From: Wallemia ichthyophaga EXF-994
Taxonomy: Eukaryota > Fungi > Basidiomycota
Direction: 5' to 3'
Assembly (NCBI RefSeq): GCF_000400465.1
Contig: NW_008806283.1
Location: 20,001-268,000, forward strand
Length of the DNA stretch: 248,000 bases
Shown here: positions 141,764 to 155,691 of the stretch, piece by piece
Position numbering within the stretch: position 1 is the stretch's first letter
Layout: every line of letters begins with the position of its first letter
The notes under the pieces: generated by a model
What the model was told of the DNA's origin: nothing
What the model saw: only the letters and a program-made list of their open reading frames with translations
The model's database searches: none
Position numbers and translations under genes: made by a program

Positions 141764-143410
141764 ATGATGAAAATTGTCAAATCGGCTAGTCGGGGGAATT
141801 TACAGCTTGGGTTAAGATTCATGAGCTCATCAATCCCCCACCAACGCCCAGATGCTCCTTCTTTCCCTTGCGTGGATGCGAATGAATCAAGAGCAGCAAA
141901 GCTGGCGACACAGGCGAATAAGCTTACATTCATCAAACAAAACAATCAAAATCAGGTTAAAATTGAAGACGTTGAGGGTGAGGGCCCAGAGCCCGTATAT
142001 GCAACTCCCACTCCAGCAACTTATCAGTCTTTCACTTCACACTATCCTTTACTCTTGGATTATGGCGGTGTACTCCCTAATTTCGATATCGCTTACGAAA
142101 CTTGGGGTTCTCTCAATCAAGACAAATCAAACGCTATTCTCCTACACACGGGTTTGAGTGCGTCATCACACGCCAAGTCTCATCCAGGCAATGATACTCC
142201 TGGCTGGTGGGAAAGATTCATCGGTCCTGGCTCAGATTATGCCATTGATACTGAAAAATTCTTTGTTATCTGTACCAACGTCCTCGGTGGTTGTTATGGT
142301 TCCACTGGTCCTTCTTCTCCCCACCCAGAAGATAGTAAACCTTATGGTACAAGATTCCCTATAATTACTCAATTTGATATGGTCAGGGCTCAGTGGAGAT
142401 TGATCGATAGCCTCGGTATTCACAAACTTTACGCTTCAGCCGGTTGTTCTATGGGTGGTATGCAGTCTATCGCTGCTGCACATCTTGAACCTGAACGTGT
142501 TCGCTCGATTATATCTATCTCCGGCACTGCTCGATCAGGTTCAACCGCTGTAGCCATGAGATTCGCTCAGAGAAGTTGTTTAATGTCTGATCCAAATTGG
142601 AATAGAGGTTTTTATTACGATGGTATGCCTCCACACACAGGCATGAAGATGGCTAGACAAATCGCCACTATCACTTACAGATCTGGACCTGAGTGGGAAC
142701 AAAGATTCAGCAGAAAGAGGAGAGTCACTCCCTTGTCAGATGATGAGATGGCTACGAATGTAAACAATCCAGGAGATGCACCTAAACTGTGCCCAGATTT
142801 TCTTATCGAAACATACCTTGATCATCAAGTTAGTCGGACTTTATCTATTGTGGAGTATGTCTGACACGTCTACAGGGAGAACAATTCTGTTTGAAATACG
142901 ATGCCAACTCATTGATATACGTTTCCAAAGCAATGGATTTGTTCGATATGACCAAACCAGCCCTGATGGACATCGATCAACACCGCAAGAGAAATGAGAA
143001 CAAGGTTAATAAGGAACTGCTTGGATCAAAAACATCGCACTCAATGGAACCGCCCTCACTTGATAGTGTGCAGGTCAACAATCGCAAACCATACATTTCA
143101 ACAGCCCCAGCAGTGCCATACGCTCAAGAGTTGACTGAGGGTTTAACAAGACTATCAAAGATACCAGTATTGATTATAGGGGTGCACAGTGATATACTAT
143201 TCCCATTTGATCAGCAAAGAGAGTTGGCTGATAGCTTGAGAAAGGGAGGTGATCCTGAGCGCGTGAAATTCTTCGCACTAGATGGACCGTGGGGACACGA
143301 TACTTTCTTGTGAGGTTGAAACAGTCTTAAGAATTTCAATACTAACAATAAACAAACAGGATTGATACATCCAATGTTGGTGGTGCAATTAGAGGATTCT
143401 TGATTTGAGG
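141764..143410 (+). CDS. Homoserine/serine O-acyltransferase (Met2/Cys2 family)
   Basis: [22 protein letters not shown] nucleophile elbow, GHDTFL. Confidence 0.85.
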
Positions 143411-143440
143411 ATATCGTATTTTGTTGTAATTCTTTTGTGA

Positions 143441-143953
143441 TCAAAGGCCAGAGTTTGCAAATAGTGATGACAGCTCATCAATCTCACTCGACAGCTGTTT
143501 GATGGTGCTATCTTGCGGCCATTTAGCAACTAAATCATTTACATAGAGTTGTTCCATGTTGTATTCATCAATTAAGTCGCGTTTCTGAGTCAAATTAGCG
143601 CTGGATTTTAGTGGCTCACTCGCGCTTACCTCTAAATGTGTCTCCTGGTACCTACCAAACTCTTGAGACAATTTGTCGAGATGAGGACCAGCGTCTAATA
143701 CGAAGAACAAGTCCATCATTTTTTGAATAAGGTTGTCATTCTGTACGAGAACATCTTGTATACGCGGAATTGTATTATCTATTTCCGTTTTTAGTTGCAT
143801 TGCTGCTGACCCAAACTGAGTCTCCTCAAACGAGCCTGCATAGTCCTGCAAAGATCCAATCTGATCGATAAGGTTTTTGATGGCGGTAATTTGCACGCTA
143901 ACATTCTCGTCGTTTCTGTCTATTTGTTTGACTATGTTATGTAATTTGTCCAT
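143441..143953 (-). CDS. Hypothetical helical protein
   Basis: 170 aa ORF. Confidence 0.4.
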   Translation of the reverse strand: MDKLHNIVKQIDRNDENVSVQITAIKNLIDQIGSLQDYAGSFEETQFGSAAMQLKTEIDNTIPRIQDVLVQNDNLIQKMMDLFFVLDAGPHLDKLSQEFGRYQETHLEVSASEPLKSSANLTQKRDLIDEYNMEQLYVNDLVAKWPQDSTIKQLSSEIDELSSLFANSGL

Positions 143954-144412
143954 TGGCAGTGATTGTTGTTGTTTAAAAGGGTTTATTACGGGAATGATTT
144001 GTAGCTTGTAGCCTGAAATTCAAATGAGCCATTCCTAGCTGTGCTTCCAGTGCTATCGACGTGATTAAAGTTTGGCGGTTCATAAGATTCAGCGGTACAT
144101 GTGTTGGTGGATATATCGGAATATTCCATAAAATTACTTTAGGTCCTTTTTGGCGCACAACTTGTTTTGGTCTGTGCGCTTGGTGCCACTCACAAATATC
144201 CCCTTAAAGAGAAGCTCAGCCGAGCAGCACAACCGCCGCTTAAATGCACTAGTCTGCTAATGTCCTTTGTAGGTATCTCTGATAGACCCTAACCGCTCCC
144301 ATAAACTTGTATTAACCCTAACCCAAAATGGAAATTCAATGAAATCACTCTTGATTCGTATCGGCCAACTCGTTCTAGCGGCGATCCAGATCAAGGGCAG
144401 TGTATTTTCAAG

Positions 144413-147132
144413 TATGACAGACCTTAAGCTTATCCTACAAGTCTATTTTATCGGCGGTATTACTTTCATTCCGCTATTGTTGGTGCTATCCATTTCGGCG
144501 TTCATCATACTTGCCCCGAGAGCGAGTAAAGACCAAGCCAAGGAAAAGCCTAAAGTTTTAAAGCAGCCACTACAAGATTCTAAAGTCACCAAGTCTGGCT
144601 GGTTGCATTTAAAGCGTGACTTTGAACTAGATCCGACACTATCTGTAGACGAATCCTATGCCTCAATGATTATTGCGGGGTACAAATCTCTAGTAGAGAA
144701 CAAAGATGTACAGCACCGCCCTAAACCAAAAGCAAGATACATCTTCTGGGCAGTTCTCAAATCTCGCACTTTATACATATATACCGATGACAGTTGTGAT
144801 GAGATTGTCGTCGCACTAAATTTGGATTCCATCGATGTCAGCATTTATCCACCTGGATTGCTTGATGCGGAGTTGTTCACTAAGCGCACTGCCATCAAGC
144901 TACAAATAGATTCTAGTCACGGCGTTTCGAATGACTATATGGACAAGGAGAATAATAAGGATAAGGACAAGGATAGCAGTAATAGTGAGATTGATGATAC
145001 TTTGGACGTCACAAACAAATCCAAGCCTTACTTCATCCATGCCTTGAATCTCGTTGATTTCGAAGGTAAGTTTAGTATCAATGTCTATGAAGTCATCGTC
145101 TAACAAAATGTTTCAGACTGGTACCATGAGTTTATACAGGCTTCAGATCCAGCGAGCAATCCATACTCGGAACCGTACCCCTCATTTATCATCGACGATA
145201 TGAAAAGATTGGTTAGTAATATCGATAACGATCCAGATCCAATTCCCACCCGTTGGTTGAACGCCTTATTGGGCAGATATTTCTTTGGTATTTATCGTAC
145301 GCAATGGATAGAGGATTGGATTATCGGTCGTATCATGAAAAAGCTGAAGGTGGTCAAAAGACCAAAGTTTTTGTCAAATATTACGGTCACCGAAGCTAAT
145401 TTGGGTGATATGCCACCGAAATTCTCCAAACCGGTACTGAAGGAGTTGACTAAAGAGGGCGATGCTTCAGTTGAAGTACATGTGTCATTCAAAGGCTGTG
145501 TTAAGATTACACTGACCGCTACAGCTTCAATCAACTTAGGTAATAGGCTAAAGTCATACTCTGTCGATCTGGTTCTAGCTGTGGTATTAAGAAGTTTGGA
145601 AGGAAACATGATTATAAAGATGAAGAAGCCTCCATCGAATAGAATTTGGTATGGCTTTACGACTATGCCAGAAATGGAATTAGATGTCGAACCTGTCGTT
145701 GAAGATAGAAAGGTCAAATGGAATATGGTGCTATCTACAATAAAGGACAAATTAAGAGAGATGGTCAGTAAGATGAATAGTACTACTTTCAATCAGCTGA
145801 CACAACATTTAGATACAAGAAGGTTTGGTGATGCCAGCAATGGATGATATCGCATTTTTCGATACAAGCAATGAGATACACAGGGGTGGTATCTTCTCTG
145901 AAGCGACTAGAAGAGAAGGCACGAAATTTCCGCAAAATCGACCAGAATCAATCAAGCAACGTGATCAAGAAATACTGGAACACAGTGATAAGAAAGAATC
146001 AATTGCACCTACATCACTTGATGGAACAGATTTGCCTTCAGGACTGCCCGGTATAGACTTGACGACGTATGAAAAAGATGAGAGCGACGCTAATAATAGA
146101 GATGGGAACGTACTTGATTCGCAAACATCTTTAGCACCAGCACCAGCATCAGCGTTGGCGTCGTCATCGGCTTCTGTTGGGAGCACATCATCCAAGACCA
146201 AGTCATGGTTCAGTGAGAAGTTTAATAAAGATAGCTGGCTAGAGCATTTGAAGAGCCACAATACAAATCATCAAAACTCTTCGCTAGCTGACGGATCTGC
146301 TTCATTGGTCGGTAAGCATTTGAAGAAGAAAGAGAGTGGTGATGTCAGTGTTACCCACAGTGAAGCAGCTGTGTCTCCAATGAAAAGCGAAGAGGATGAG
146401 GAGACTGGCGAAAAGCTTTCGGTGAAAAGCGACAATAACGCAGCTATACCAATATCATCTTCATCTTCAAGTTCAATTTCAGTGTCATCAAAGGGGAGTA
146501 CGTATACAAACACACCATCATCTGCAATAGAAGCGCTGAAATCATCACCTAAACTGAATCACGCTAAAGATGCATTGAAGAAAATAAGTAAGAAAAAAAA
146601 GAGTCATGGTAGTGAAGGGTCGTTGAAGAAGAAGGCGAAGGATCAGAAGGCAAAGGGAAAAGATAATGAGGTACCTTTAATGAAACCAGCGGAGAAATTG
146701 AATGAAAGAATGCATATATCACGCAGTCAACCAACAGTTGAGTTGAATCTGTCTAATGAAACGAATGATAATGAAATTAATGAGAGTAGAAGAAGATCAT
146801 CAGTAACGACACCACCGAAAGCTTCACCAATGATGTCAATACCTGGTATACCAAGTGAACGGAAAGGACAGAGTAGCTCATCGCGTTCGATAGATTCACC
146901 ATCGGGATCGCTTGATAAAGTAGTTTCAGAGTCGAATGATCGTAGACAAGGGACTCACAGAATGACATCAAGCATTAGTAGTAATAATTCAACGTATGAG
147001 AATGCAACTGCTAGTATGTCTAGTTCACCTAACAGCAACAGGAGCAGTAGATCAGAGCAGTTGTTGAGTAGAATAAAATCAAAAGATAAAGCTAGCAGGA
147101 GTAATGATGATGTTAACAAAGAGGATTATTAG
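144413..147132 (+). CDS. PH + SMP domain protein, Nvj2/TEX2-like
   Basis: RWLNALLGRYF, KPPSNRIWYGF. Confidence 0.8.
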
Positions 147133-147155
147133 TTGTACAAGTAATGAAACAAAGA

Positions 147156-147710
147156 TTAAGTATGTTTCTTGGATTTCTTCGACTTCGGTGGTTGAGATGT
147201 ATTTAATGAAGTTGAGGAATTTGATGAAGGAGGTTTTTCTTGATGAGAATCTGAAGAGCGTTTCTTGCTCTTTTTGTCTGATCTGAATTTTCTGTCATTA
147301 GAAGTCTTCTTTTCGGAATGATCGTTATCGAATCTTAAATGCTGAGATTGTTGGGGTTGCTCAGTGGACTTCTGTTGAAGCTGTAAAGCAGCTTTAATGA
147401 ATCTATCAGCAGCAGGCTTATCAACATTCAACTTGTGTTGAGGTTCCTGTGCGTGCTTAATCTTTGAGAATTGCAATTTAATTCTATTAAGTTCATTTGC
147501 GATAGAATGATCTGTTGTATCCACGCCTTTCAGATTTAGTAAAATATAAACAAGATCCTGTATAAAATATGCCAAATTAGCCTGTAATTCTGATTGTTTG
147601 ATAGTATCTAATTCTCCCAGGTATTCATCTAAGCTCTTGTCGCCTGTAATTGATTTCAAAATTTTATTAAATTCATTTAATTTTAAGGTGAACTCATTAT
147701 ACAGGTCCAT
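147156..147710 (-). CDS. Sas10/C1D-family exosome cofactor
   Basis: H.I.NELNRIK, VDKPAADRFIKAAL. Confidence 0.7.
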   Translation of the reverse strand: MDLYNEFTLKLNEFNKILKSITGDKSLDEYLGELDTIKQSELQANLAYFIQDLVYILLNLKGVDTTDHSIANELNRIKLQFSKIKHAQEPQHKLNVDKPAADRFIKAALQLQQKSTEQPQQSQHLRFDNDHSEKKTSNDRKFRSDKKSKKRSSDSHQEKPPSSNSSTSLNTSQPPKSKKSKKHT

Positions 147711-147734
147711 ATTGGATCAACGACGACGTTATCT

Positions 147735-148149
147735 ATGGTGTGTCAATGAGTTATCATTGAATATTTTAAATTCTAATAATTTAGTCCGAAAATCTTAATT
147801 ATATTCAAAATCAACAATTAGAGAGATTACACGCAAGATATACAGGTACTGGTAATCCTGATATATCCAAACAGTGAGCACATCTAACTTGTTATTATGA
147901 ATAATCCTAACCAATAAAATTCAGCGAATGGGTCACAAACCAACAAAGAGATACATTTGCTAGCATCGTCGGTCATCCACCTCTATCCTCGTATATGTCC
148001 ATAGCAGATGGTGAATCAATATCACGTACAAAGTTTAAAATGATACAGGTGAGTAAAATTCCATATAAACTCTTAGTAAATATAACTCAATGTACATGTA
148101 TTAGTCTATGATATCCCCAGCTGGTCCACCACCTCATAAGGATGATTAG
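147735..148149 (+). CDS. YSF3: SF3b subunit 5 (absent from ORF track)
   Basis: QLERLHARYTGTGNPDISK, EWVTNQQRDTFASIVGH, MISPAGPPP; three short introns. Confidence 0.8.
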
Positions 148150-148316
148150 ATTTTCTATCAAGATGATATTCAACTATAAATTAACAACCCACCTGTATTT
148201 TAATAAATTTCCTCTACATTTACCAATTTCGTTAAATTTTACTTGAGTTACTATACGCGTCTCACTGCGCGCGTTACTGTCTTCAACTTATATCATCATC
148301 TCTGTTGAAATAAAAA

Positions 148317-150066
148317 ATGGCAACGACCTCGAGAAGGCAGAGCCCAAGACTGTCAACTGGCTTGTCGAATAACTTATCCAAGCAATCCTCTTACACCTTC
148401 TTAATGCCCTCGTTAGAAGACGATGAAGTAGATGTTCCACCTCCATCAGCTCCTTTACCATCACGCAGAAATACAAGGCAGAATAGCAGCTCTGATCTTG
148501 ACAGTAGAAAGAAGCCTAGGATTGATGTACGTCTCTTGATATCTCTCCAGTCTTCGTCTAACTTGATATCGCTAGCAGCCTTCACAATCCCAACCTCTAC
148601 CTTCAGATCAAAAAGCTCACAAATCTCCGCGATCGTCTAAAGATGACTTTAATTCCAAACAACTCAAGTCGAATCATCATGATAACCGCAAACTCCAACC
148701 TCATCAAAAAGATAGGCTAAAAGAAAAGGAAAGAGATAAGGAGAAGAAGGATGTTCAGGAAAGAAAAGATGCAAAAGATAAAGATAAAGCTAAGAGGCTT
148801 CAACTTCAACAGGATAAACCTACTCAGCGTAAAGATAATCAACTCAGTATTAAAGATCAAGGTCCTACAAAGATACCTAGGCCTTTTAAAATTCCTGAAA
148901 CTGCTACAAATAACGTATCATCCACTCCAATGAAAGCTCCTCAGCCTCAAATATCAAAACATGTCGATATCTCTGCACCTATGCCAGTCGCCGAAACTCC
149001 TCAAATAAAAGCAAATAAAGATTTGAGAAAAAGTAGGCGGTCTTCTGTAGGCAATAGAGGAAAGCGATCATCATCTTGGTCTAGATCAGGTATCATCGTA
149101 CCACCACACCCTGATCTCAACTCCACAGAGTTCTGTAGGCATATAGACGAAGATTTACCCGATCCAAGGAGGTTCAAGATTCTTTTTGAATGGTGCAGGT
149201 TTAGAGCATGTAATCCAGATGTCGTTAAACCTAGAAGATCAAAAAGAGTTGAAGAGAGTGAACTCAAAGAGCAAAAGCTTTTACTAGATGCAATAAACAA
149301 TAAAAAGGTTGTCAGCTTAGCACAAAATGTTGTCGATGATTGGGTAAAGTCGTTGTCTATCAATGCTCCACCTTGGATGCCACCAAAGAGCAACAAACAG
149401 AGGCAGAAAGCTAAAAATCCCGAAAATGAGAAGTACAAGGAGCTAATAAGGAAGTCTCAAGAAACTCTAGCAAAGTTAAAACTAGAGGATGAAACTTGGT
149501 CGAGGTTGCGATCAGATGCTAGGAAAGCTGAACAAGAATCTGTAGATGTATACAACAATCACTCGTCTTTGACAGAGATGAATCAAGACAATGACTTGGA
149601 GCTAGATCAATTACCTGAAGCTGTTCAATCTGATATTCGAGGTATACTCGACAAGTCAACGTCCGACAAAGAAACCATTGATCAGAACAACACGATTAGC
149701 AACCTCAATTATACAATATCAGAATTAGATCAAGTTTACCATCAGTCCTCATCATATCTAGAAACCTCGGAGATATATACAAACAACGTGATGACACATT
149801 ACCTAGGATTACTGAGATCTCGTCTTTCTCTAAACAAGAATGATGATCAAAATGACAACAAATCAGATCAAGAAAAGACGTTACCATCAACTTTAAATTT
149901 GGCAGCAAGCAACAATAATAACAAATACCAAGAAATTGATGCCTTGCCATTGCTCCGAGCAATTTCTAGGCCAATCCAAGAACAACCCAAGACAAACAGC
150001 AATATCAATGAAGATGAAGATGACCGTGCTGGTGAAATCAGTCTATTTTGGAGTAGAAAGGTTTAA
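148317..150066 (+). CDS. Dsn1/Mis13-like kinetochore protein
   Basis: RRSSVGNRGKRSSS, PHPD...FCRHID.DLPDPRR. Confidence 0.65.
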
Positions 150067-150150
150067 TAATTCCGTTCATTAATATTTTTACACTTGTACA
150101 ATTTATAATATACAGTAGAAACATTATTATGCGTGTCTTAAGTTTGATAA

Positions 150151-152419
150151 TTACGTATTCATGCCATCTAAGGCTAATCTTGCTGGTTCACTAACGGAGA
150201 ATTTATCCTGAGACAAAGTCAAGAGCGATTTATCGAATTCCAATAAACGCATACGTGTACGTATCTCACTACGAGCTTGGTAGGGCTGACCTTCAATTGA
150301 ATTCGAAAGGTTACGAAGTGTCCATACAGCAGCAGCTCTAACTCTCTCATCCCAGTGCGTAAGTAATCGCTTCAAGTTGCTGCATATAAGCGGTCGCCAT
150401 AGCAACGTTTTCTTCTGTTCATATGAGCCAGTTGCGACATTATTTACAACATACGCAGCTTGCAATAAAATCTCTACTTGATTTGTTTGAAACTTATGTT
150501 CAATAATCTCCAGAAACTTATCCTCTCCACCAAATCCACTACAAACCAGATTGATATCTACTTCTCTTGTAACTAAATTTCTCAAAACAAATAAAACTTG
150601 CTCAACAACTTCGCTATTGCTGTCATTCAACAGCTTCTTGAAGTGATTATATCCAATTTGATCACAAATAAACCTCTTCAACTCTGTCGATGCAGCAAAA
150701 ACCATATTCTTAATAGCCCAAAGAGTATTCAATCTAACCTTGTGCGATTTCGAGTACGTAAGTTTCACTAGAATCTTTACTCCACCATTTTGTATTAACT
150801 TTTGCTTTAATGGTGAGAATCCGCACACTAAGTTAGCTAAAGCCATCAAGGCTATCACTTTATTACGTTCATTTTCCTCATCATTAGAGATTATGCTCAA
150901 TAATGTCAATTCAACACCTGAATCAACCAATGATGTACGCAACACTCCTACACTTCTACTCAGTGCTCTGATGCACTGTGCAGCTGAGCCTCGAATACCT
151001 TTGGCTTTATGTTGTAAAGATACCGCGATTGCTTTTAATAAATGTGCATCAACGATCAATGTTCTCAATTCATCTAAATGAAGTGCAAGCGCTGCAACTA
151101 TCATCAGAATCCCTTCTTGTAATTTCAGGTTGTCTTCTGATAGCTTACTACCTTCCACGTTGTACTCGTCTTTTTCATACAGCAGACAAGTCTGAAATAT
151201 ATCATTCAGCTTGTTGAGTATACCTGATTTGCACGCATGGTCTTCTAAGTCCGTCGCATCTGACAATATAGTCGCTAAGATGGATGATGCCGGTATCTGT
151301 ATCTCAATGTTTTCATCAAGTAGTCGAATCAGCTGCTCGATTAACTCCAATGCTTTCGGCCTATCAATGGTTGATATAAGTTGGATCGTCGGGGGTCCAT
151401 CGGGTCTAAGAAGGTCTGATTGCTGACTTTTGATAATGTGTACTAGTCTGTTGTTATAATATAAGTCGAATTCAAGATCATTTCAAAACAACTCACGTTT
151501 TACATGCTTCAAGTCTTAATTGGGGACTCTTGCATTCAAAAAATATTGTCAGTGATGGTATTGCTCTCACTATGGCATATAAATGTTAGAATCATCTAAT
151601 AGCATGAATCGGCACGGACTTTGTACCTGTCTAAATGCTAAAACCGCAGGTGAATAGTCTTTGCACAAGGAACCAAGCAGTTTGAGCGCTGCAATTTGAA
151701 GCTATGAAATGGTTAGTTGAATATAATTAAATAAAGGGATCTCACTTTTTGTACATCGCAATAGATGTATTTAGCCAAATGGTCAAGCAGACCCTCTACG
151801 GAAAGAAGCGATGCTTTGTGTCGAGTATCATTCACTGTGGTCAACAAAGTGATCAAGTTGATGACGAGTTTTCTATTAGACGATGTGAGATGTTTGAGGA
151901 GATTAGGTAGGTGCGGAGACTGAATGAATTTGTAAGTCTTTGGCAGGATAGAGCTACATTACCTACAAAAAAAATGTTATTGAGTTGCGCTGCAGCCCTA
152001 GAGCATATATCGTCATCGATTTGCATACTATCTTTGTCGATACCGGCTCTATTGTTATTCGAAAAGGTGGTGATTGTTTTGTAGAAGATAGATGCATTCC
152101 GTAGACATCTGAACAAGTACTCAAGGACGCGTTGACAGTTACAGACGGTTGCAGTCTCAACTAAGCGTTTAACGACGCCATCAAGTACATTGATTAATAG
152201 GTATTGATGATTTGGTTCCATGTTTATATTGGTGTACAAACTGCCAATAATTAACGAAGATTGTATCAGCCTGTCAGTATCAACTTGATTATGTAAATTC
152301 GACGGCGAAATCTGATCAATCAATGATTCCACTTGGCCTTTACTCTCAGAAAGCTGCTTCTTTTGTACTACATCTCCTATAACACTATTCTTAAGCAACT
152401 TCAACTGATGTGTATCCAT
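150151..152419 (-). CDS. ARM-repeat protein, ARMC8/Vid28-like
   Basis: ARM repeats, ALSRSVGVLRTSL, LWAIKNM. Confidence 0.7.
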
Positions 152420-152785
152420 GACTGATGATGGTGCTGATGATGGTCAAGGTCGAGAAGGCAAAGTGATTAAAGCATTCATATATCTCAGCACATCAATAGC
152501 AACTTACAACTTAGCTGGCAAGATTTATAGGCACCACCGACAAACACCATCTTCCAGCTCCGTACATGAGATAAGACACAAATCAAGAGAGCGAGACATC
152601 AAAACCTTTCATTCGATCTATTATATTATTTGATAGCACGAAGCTTTTGTTGATACATACTGGTCTGCGACTCACACCATATATGAGCTACATCAGCCAT
152701 GTACAACAAACTCTAGGATGCGGTTGTCCGAACGGAATATATATTATCAACTTAAAGCATTCATCAGTAAGTCATAAACGCTTTT

Positions 152786-153224
152786 ATCACCTCGTTAAAC
152801 TTCGTTAATCTACGTTAACGGGATTGGTATAAAGAGGCAATTCTTCTCTTCCTAAAACTTTAAGACGGTTAGTGAACAACTAAAGTGGATTAGAAGCAAT
152901 GCTCACACAGCACGTCAGGTACTCCAAAGGATCATATTCTATAGGTCGTATCCAGTCTATCGCAGATTTAATTCTGCCACTTTATCATTGGCTCGACGAT
153001 GACTAGTGACCTCCTTCCCTTATTCACCGAGAACTCTGAGGTGGTAGCACGCTGCTAGCCTCTCGATGACGTGCACGCGAACTAATTGTCGACGTTGATT
153101 TCAATGTCTTGACGTGGTTTGTCGTGAGGGACTTGGAGTGTTTTCTGAGGCCATTATGATTGTATTTTTAATGATTTATTTGATTAATCTTTTATGTTCT
153201 AAACAAGCCTGATAAGTCTGTTTT
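152786..153224 (-). repeat. Inverted repeat IR1, right arm
   Basis: Reverse complement of 139159..139593. Confidence 0.92.
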
Positions 153225-154105
153225 AGGACGTTGCTTTCATGAATAGTGAACTTGGCAAATGTATATAATTCCAGCTCTGCACTTAACCATGGTGTGATGC
153301 CAATCAACACATCGACGTTATAATCCATGTGGCCAAGAAACGAACGTACTCTAAATATTTTATTTATTTAGTTCTGTCTGACGTAGGCATTCCTCGATCG
153401 ATTAAAAGTCAATCATTGCAACAGACTCCGAAACACCGCAGCCCCGAAACTGAACAAGTGATGCGTCACCTGCAATCTAACAAACTAGCACATATGCCTA
153501 TAAAATTGTATTTGACTATTCATACGCCGCTGCACCTAACGCACGCTTCTTATAAGATCACTCTCATCGTCGATGACAACGCTTTTATACAGAAATCTGC
153601 TGAGAGAATTCAGCAGAAGTGTAAGATGGACCTTCGTTTAGATATTGTGCTAAGAGGAGCTACAGACACCGCCCGGTGAGCGTAATGGTCAGATATTCGC
153701 CCATCTGCGTACACTCTTCGCATCAGCGAGCCACTCAAAGGAAGATATGGAAAGCATGGTGGATTTCCTGAGGGCATCTAGACAACACAAAGAGTTATTG
153801 AAGCGCTACAATCCACTTTCAGACCAGACGCCACAAGAGAGGGTCGAAGCAACTGCCAGAAGGGTTGGTTTGGCAGTTCCACAGACACCCGATTTTTAAC
153901 TTTAATTACGATTGCATTTATCAATACAAATACAAGTTAATTATTAAATTTGGCTTGTGTGTTTGAAGTGAGAAGTAGCAGAAATTTATTCGGAGTTCCA
154001 TAGACATGTCAATGCTCATCCCAAAGCATCCTTGATATCTTGCTCCTTGTTAATACAGTTGAAAAAGAAAATCCCAAATATAAGTAGACAAAAAATACCA
154101 TCATT

Positions 154106-155691
154106 TCACTTGGTCATACCATTGATATCAATCGCAAGAGCTGACGGGTAAGACACCCTCTCGATTTGTTGGTCAATTTGATCACCAAAATCTGATTCCA
154201 CGTCTATATTCATTGCTTGTTGTTCTGGCGTACCTGTATGGAATCTAGATGGTTTGAAAATTTGTGTCAGTTTAGAGAACGCAGACGATTTAGTTGTTGA
154301 GTTGAATTTTGGGCTGGCATCGTTTGGTGACGCAGGTGGTGTCGATAAGGGTGTTAATAGACTTTCAGGTTGCTTAGATGTAAATGAGCCATCGGTTTCG
154401 TTAGAGTTGCAAGACGAGTCTGATGATTCAACGGGCACAGCCACTTTCTTAAGGTTTGGCTTCCTCTCCACCCGTCTGAGGTGTTGAAAATTGACTTCCT
154501 TTGGTGGTGTTGTTGGCGGCGTCAGTGGCAGCTTGTCGTTCTTGTTTGCCCTCTGCCTTACTCTTGGCCTCTTTGGCGAACCTAATTCTTTAGCGTTTGG
154601 TGGAGGTGGGGGTGGTACCACCATTTGTTGTTGTTGAAGATCAACTTGCTGTTGTTGGATTCTATTAGCAACAGCAGATGCAGCGGCAGATGATGTAGCA
154701 GCGGCAGCTTGTCTTGCGGCTTTGTGTGCATGCTTCAATTGAGAAGGTGTCAAGGTAAACTTTTCAACTTGCATTACCCTTTGTTTCAACTCATCAAGAC
154801 TGCATCTTTGAATTGGATCAATAGTGAATATCCTTTTCAAGATGTAATTTGTGAGATCTGATATTGGTAGGATCGTTTTTAGAAAGTCTGGTTCTCGAAG
154901 GTACGCAGAGAATGTCTCATCTGTCAGACTTGCTTCTTTCCAGGGGTTTCTACCGCAGGTTAAATTGACCAAAATAACACCAAGAGACCATATATCGTTG
155001 CGCTTTGTGCAGTAAGGAACTTTTCTGTGAGTCAGAGCCCCATGACAATCTGTACGGAGTTAGTAATTAAATTCCGGAAAAAGTCAATGAACTGACCTGG
155101 ACTCATATAGAAGCTGGAACCGCAGCCAAAATCACCTGAACGTCTCTCTGAAGTAGCCAAACCAAAGTCAGCTAGCAAAATGTTGTTGCCACCCGCAGTA
155201 CACAGAATGTTTTCGGGTTTGAGGTCACGATGGTAAATGCCGAGGCGATGGCAATGTTGAACGGCGTCAACTATTTGTAGAAATACCGACTTGATTAGCT
155301 CGTCGTTGTCGATATATTTGAATTGTTCTGTTATCATTGAAAAAAGGTCGCCTGCTTGAGCATATTCCAAAACAACGAAGATTGTGGCTGGACTATCAAT
155401 AATCGCATGAACGGTTGCGATATTTTGATGTGATGAAGCTAAACCATGCAAAGCAATTTCCCTTCTTTGAAAAGCTTTCTGACGATCATCCAAGCCATAC
155501 TTAGGCAAACACTTAACGGCGTACAGTTCACCGAGCGGTCTATAGTAGTCGTCTAGTCTTTCAGCTAATAGTACTGTACCGTATGCGCCAGTACCAATAG
155601 TGCTAATGAATTTGAGCTTAATACGTCCATCGTCCAGGGTTGACTGTAACAGCGATTGTGCCTGCTGGACGTGCTGTGGGAAGTTGGACAT
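154106..155691 (-). CDS. Ran1/Pat1-family Ser/Thr kinase
   Basis: IGTGAYG, YHRDLKPEN, ADFGLAT, GCGSSFYMSP, NLTCGRNPW. Confidence 0.9.

Noticed and set aside
139159-153224. IR1 block as a mating-type locus
   Set aside because: No STE3 receptor, CaaX pheromone, homeodomain or HMG gene is inside.
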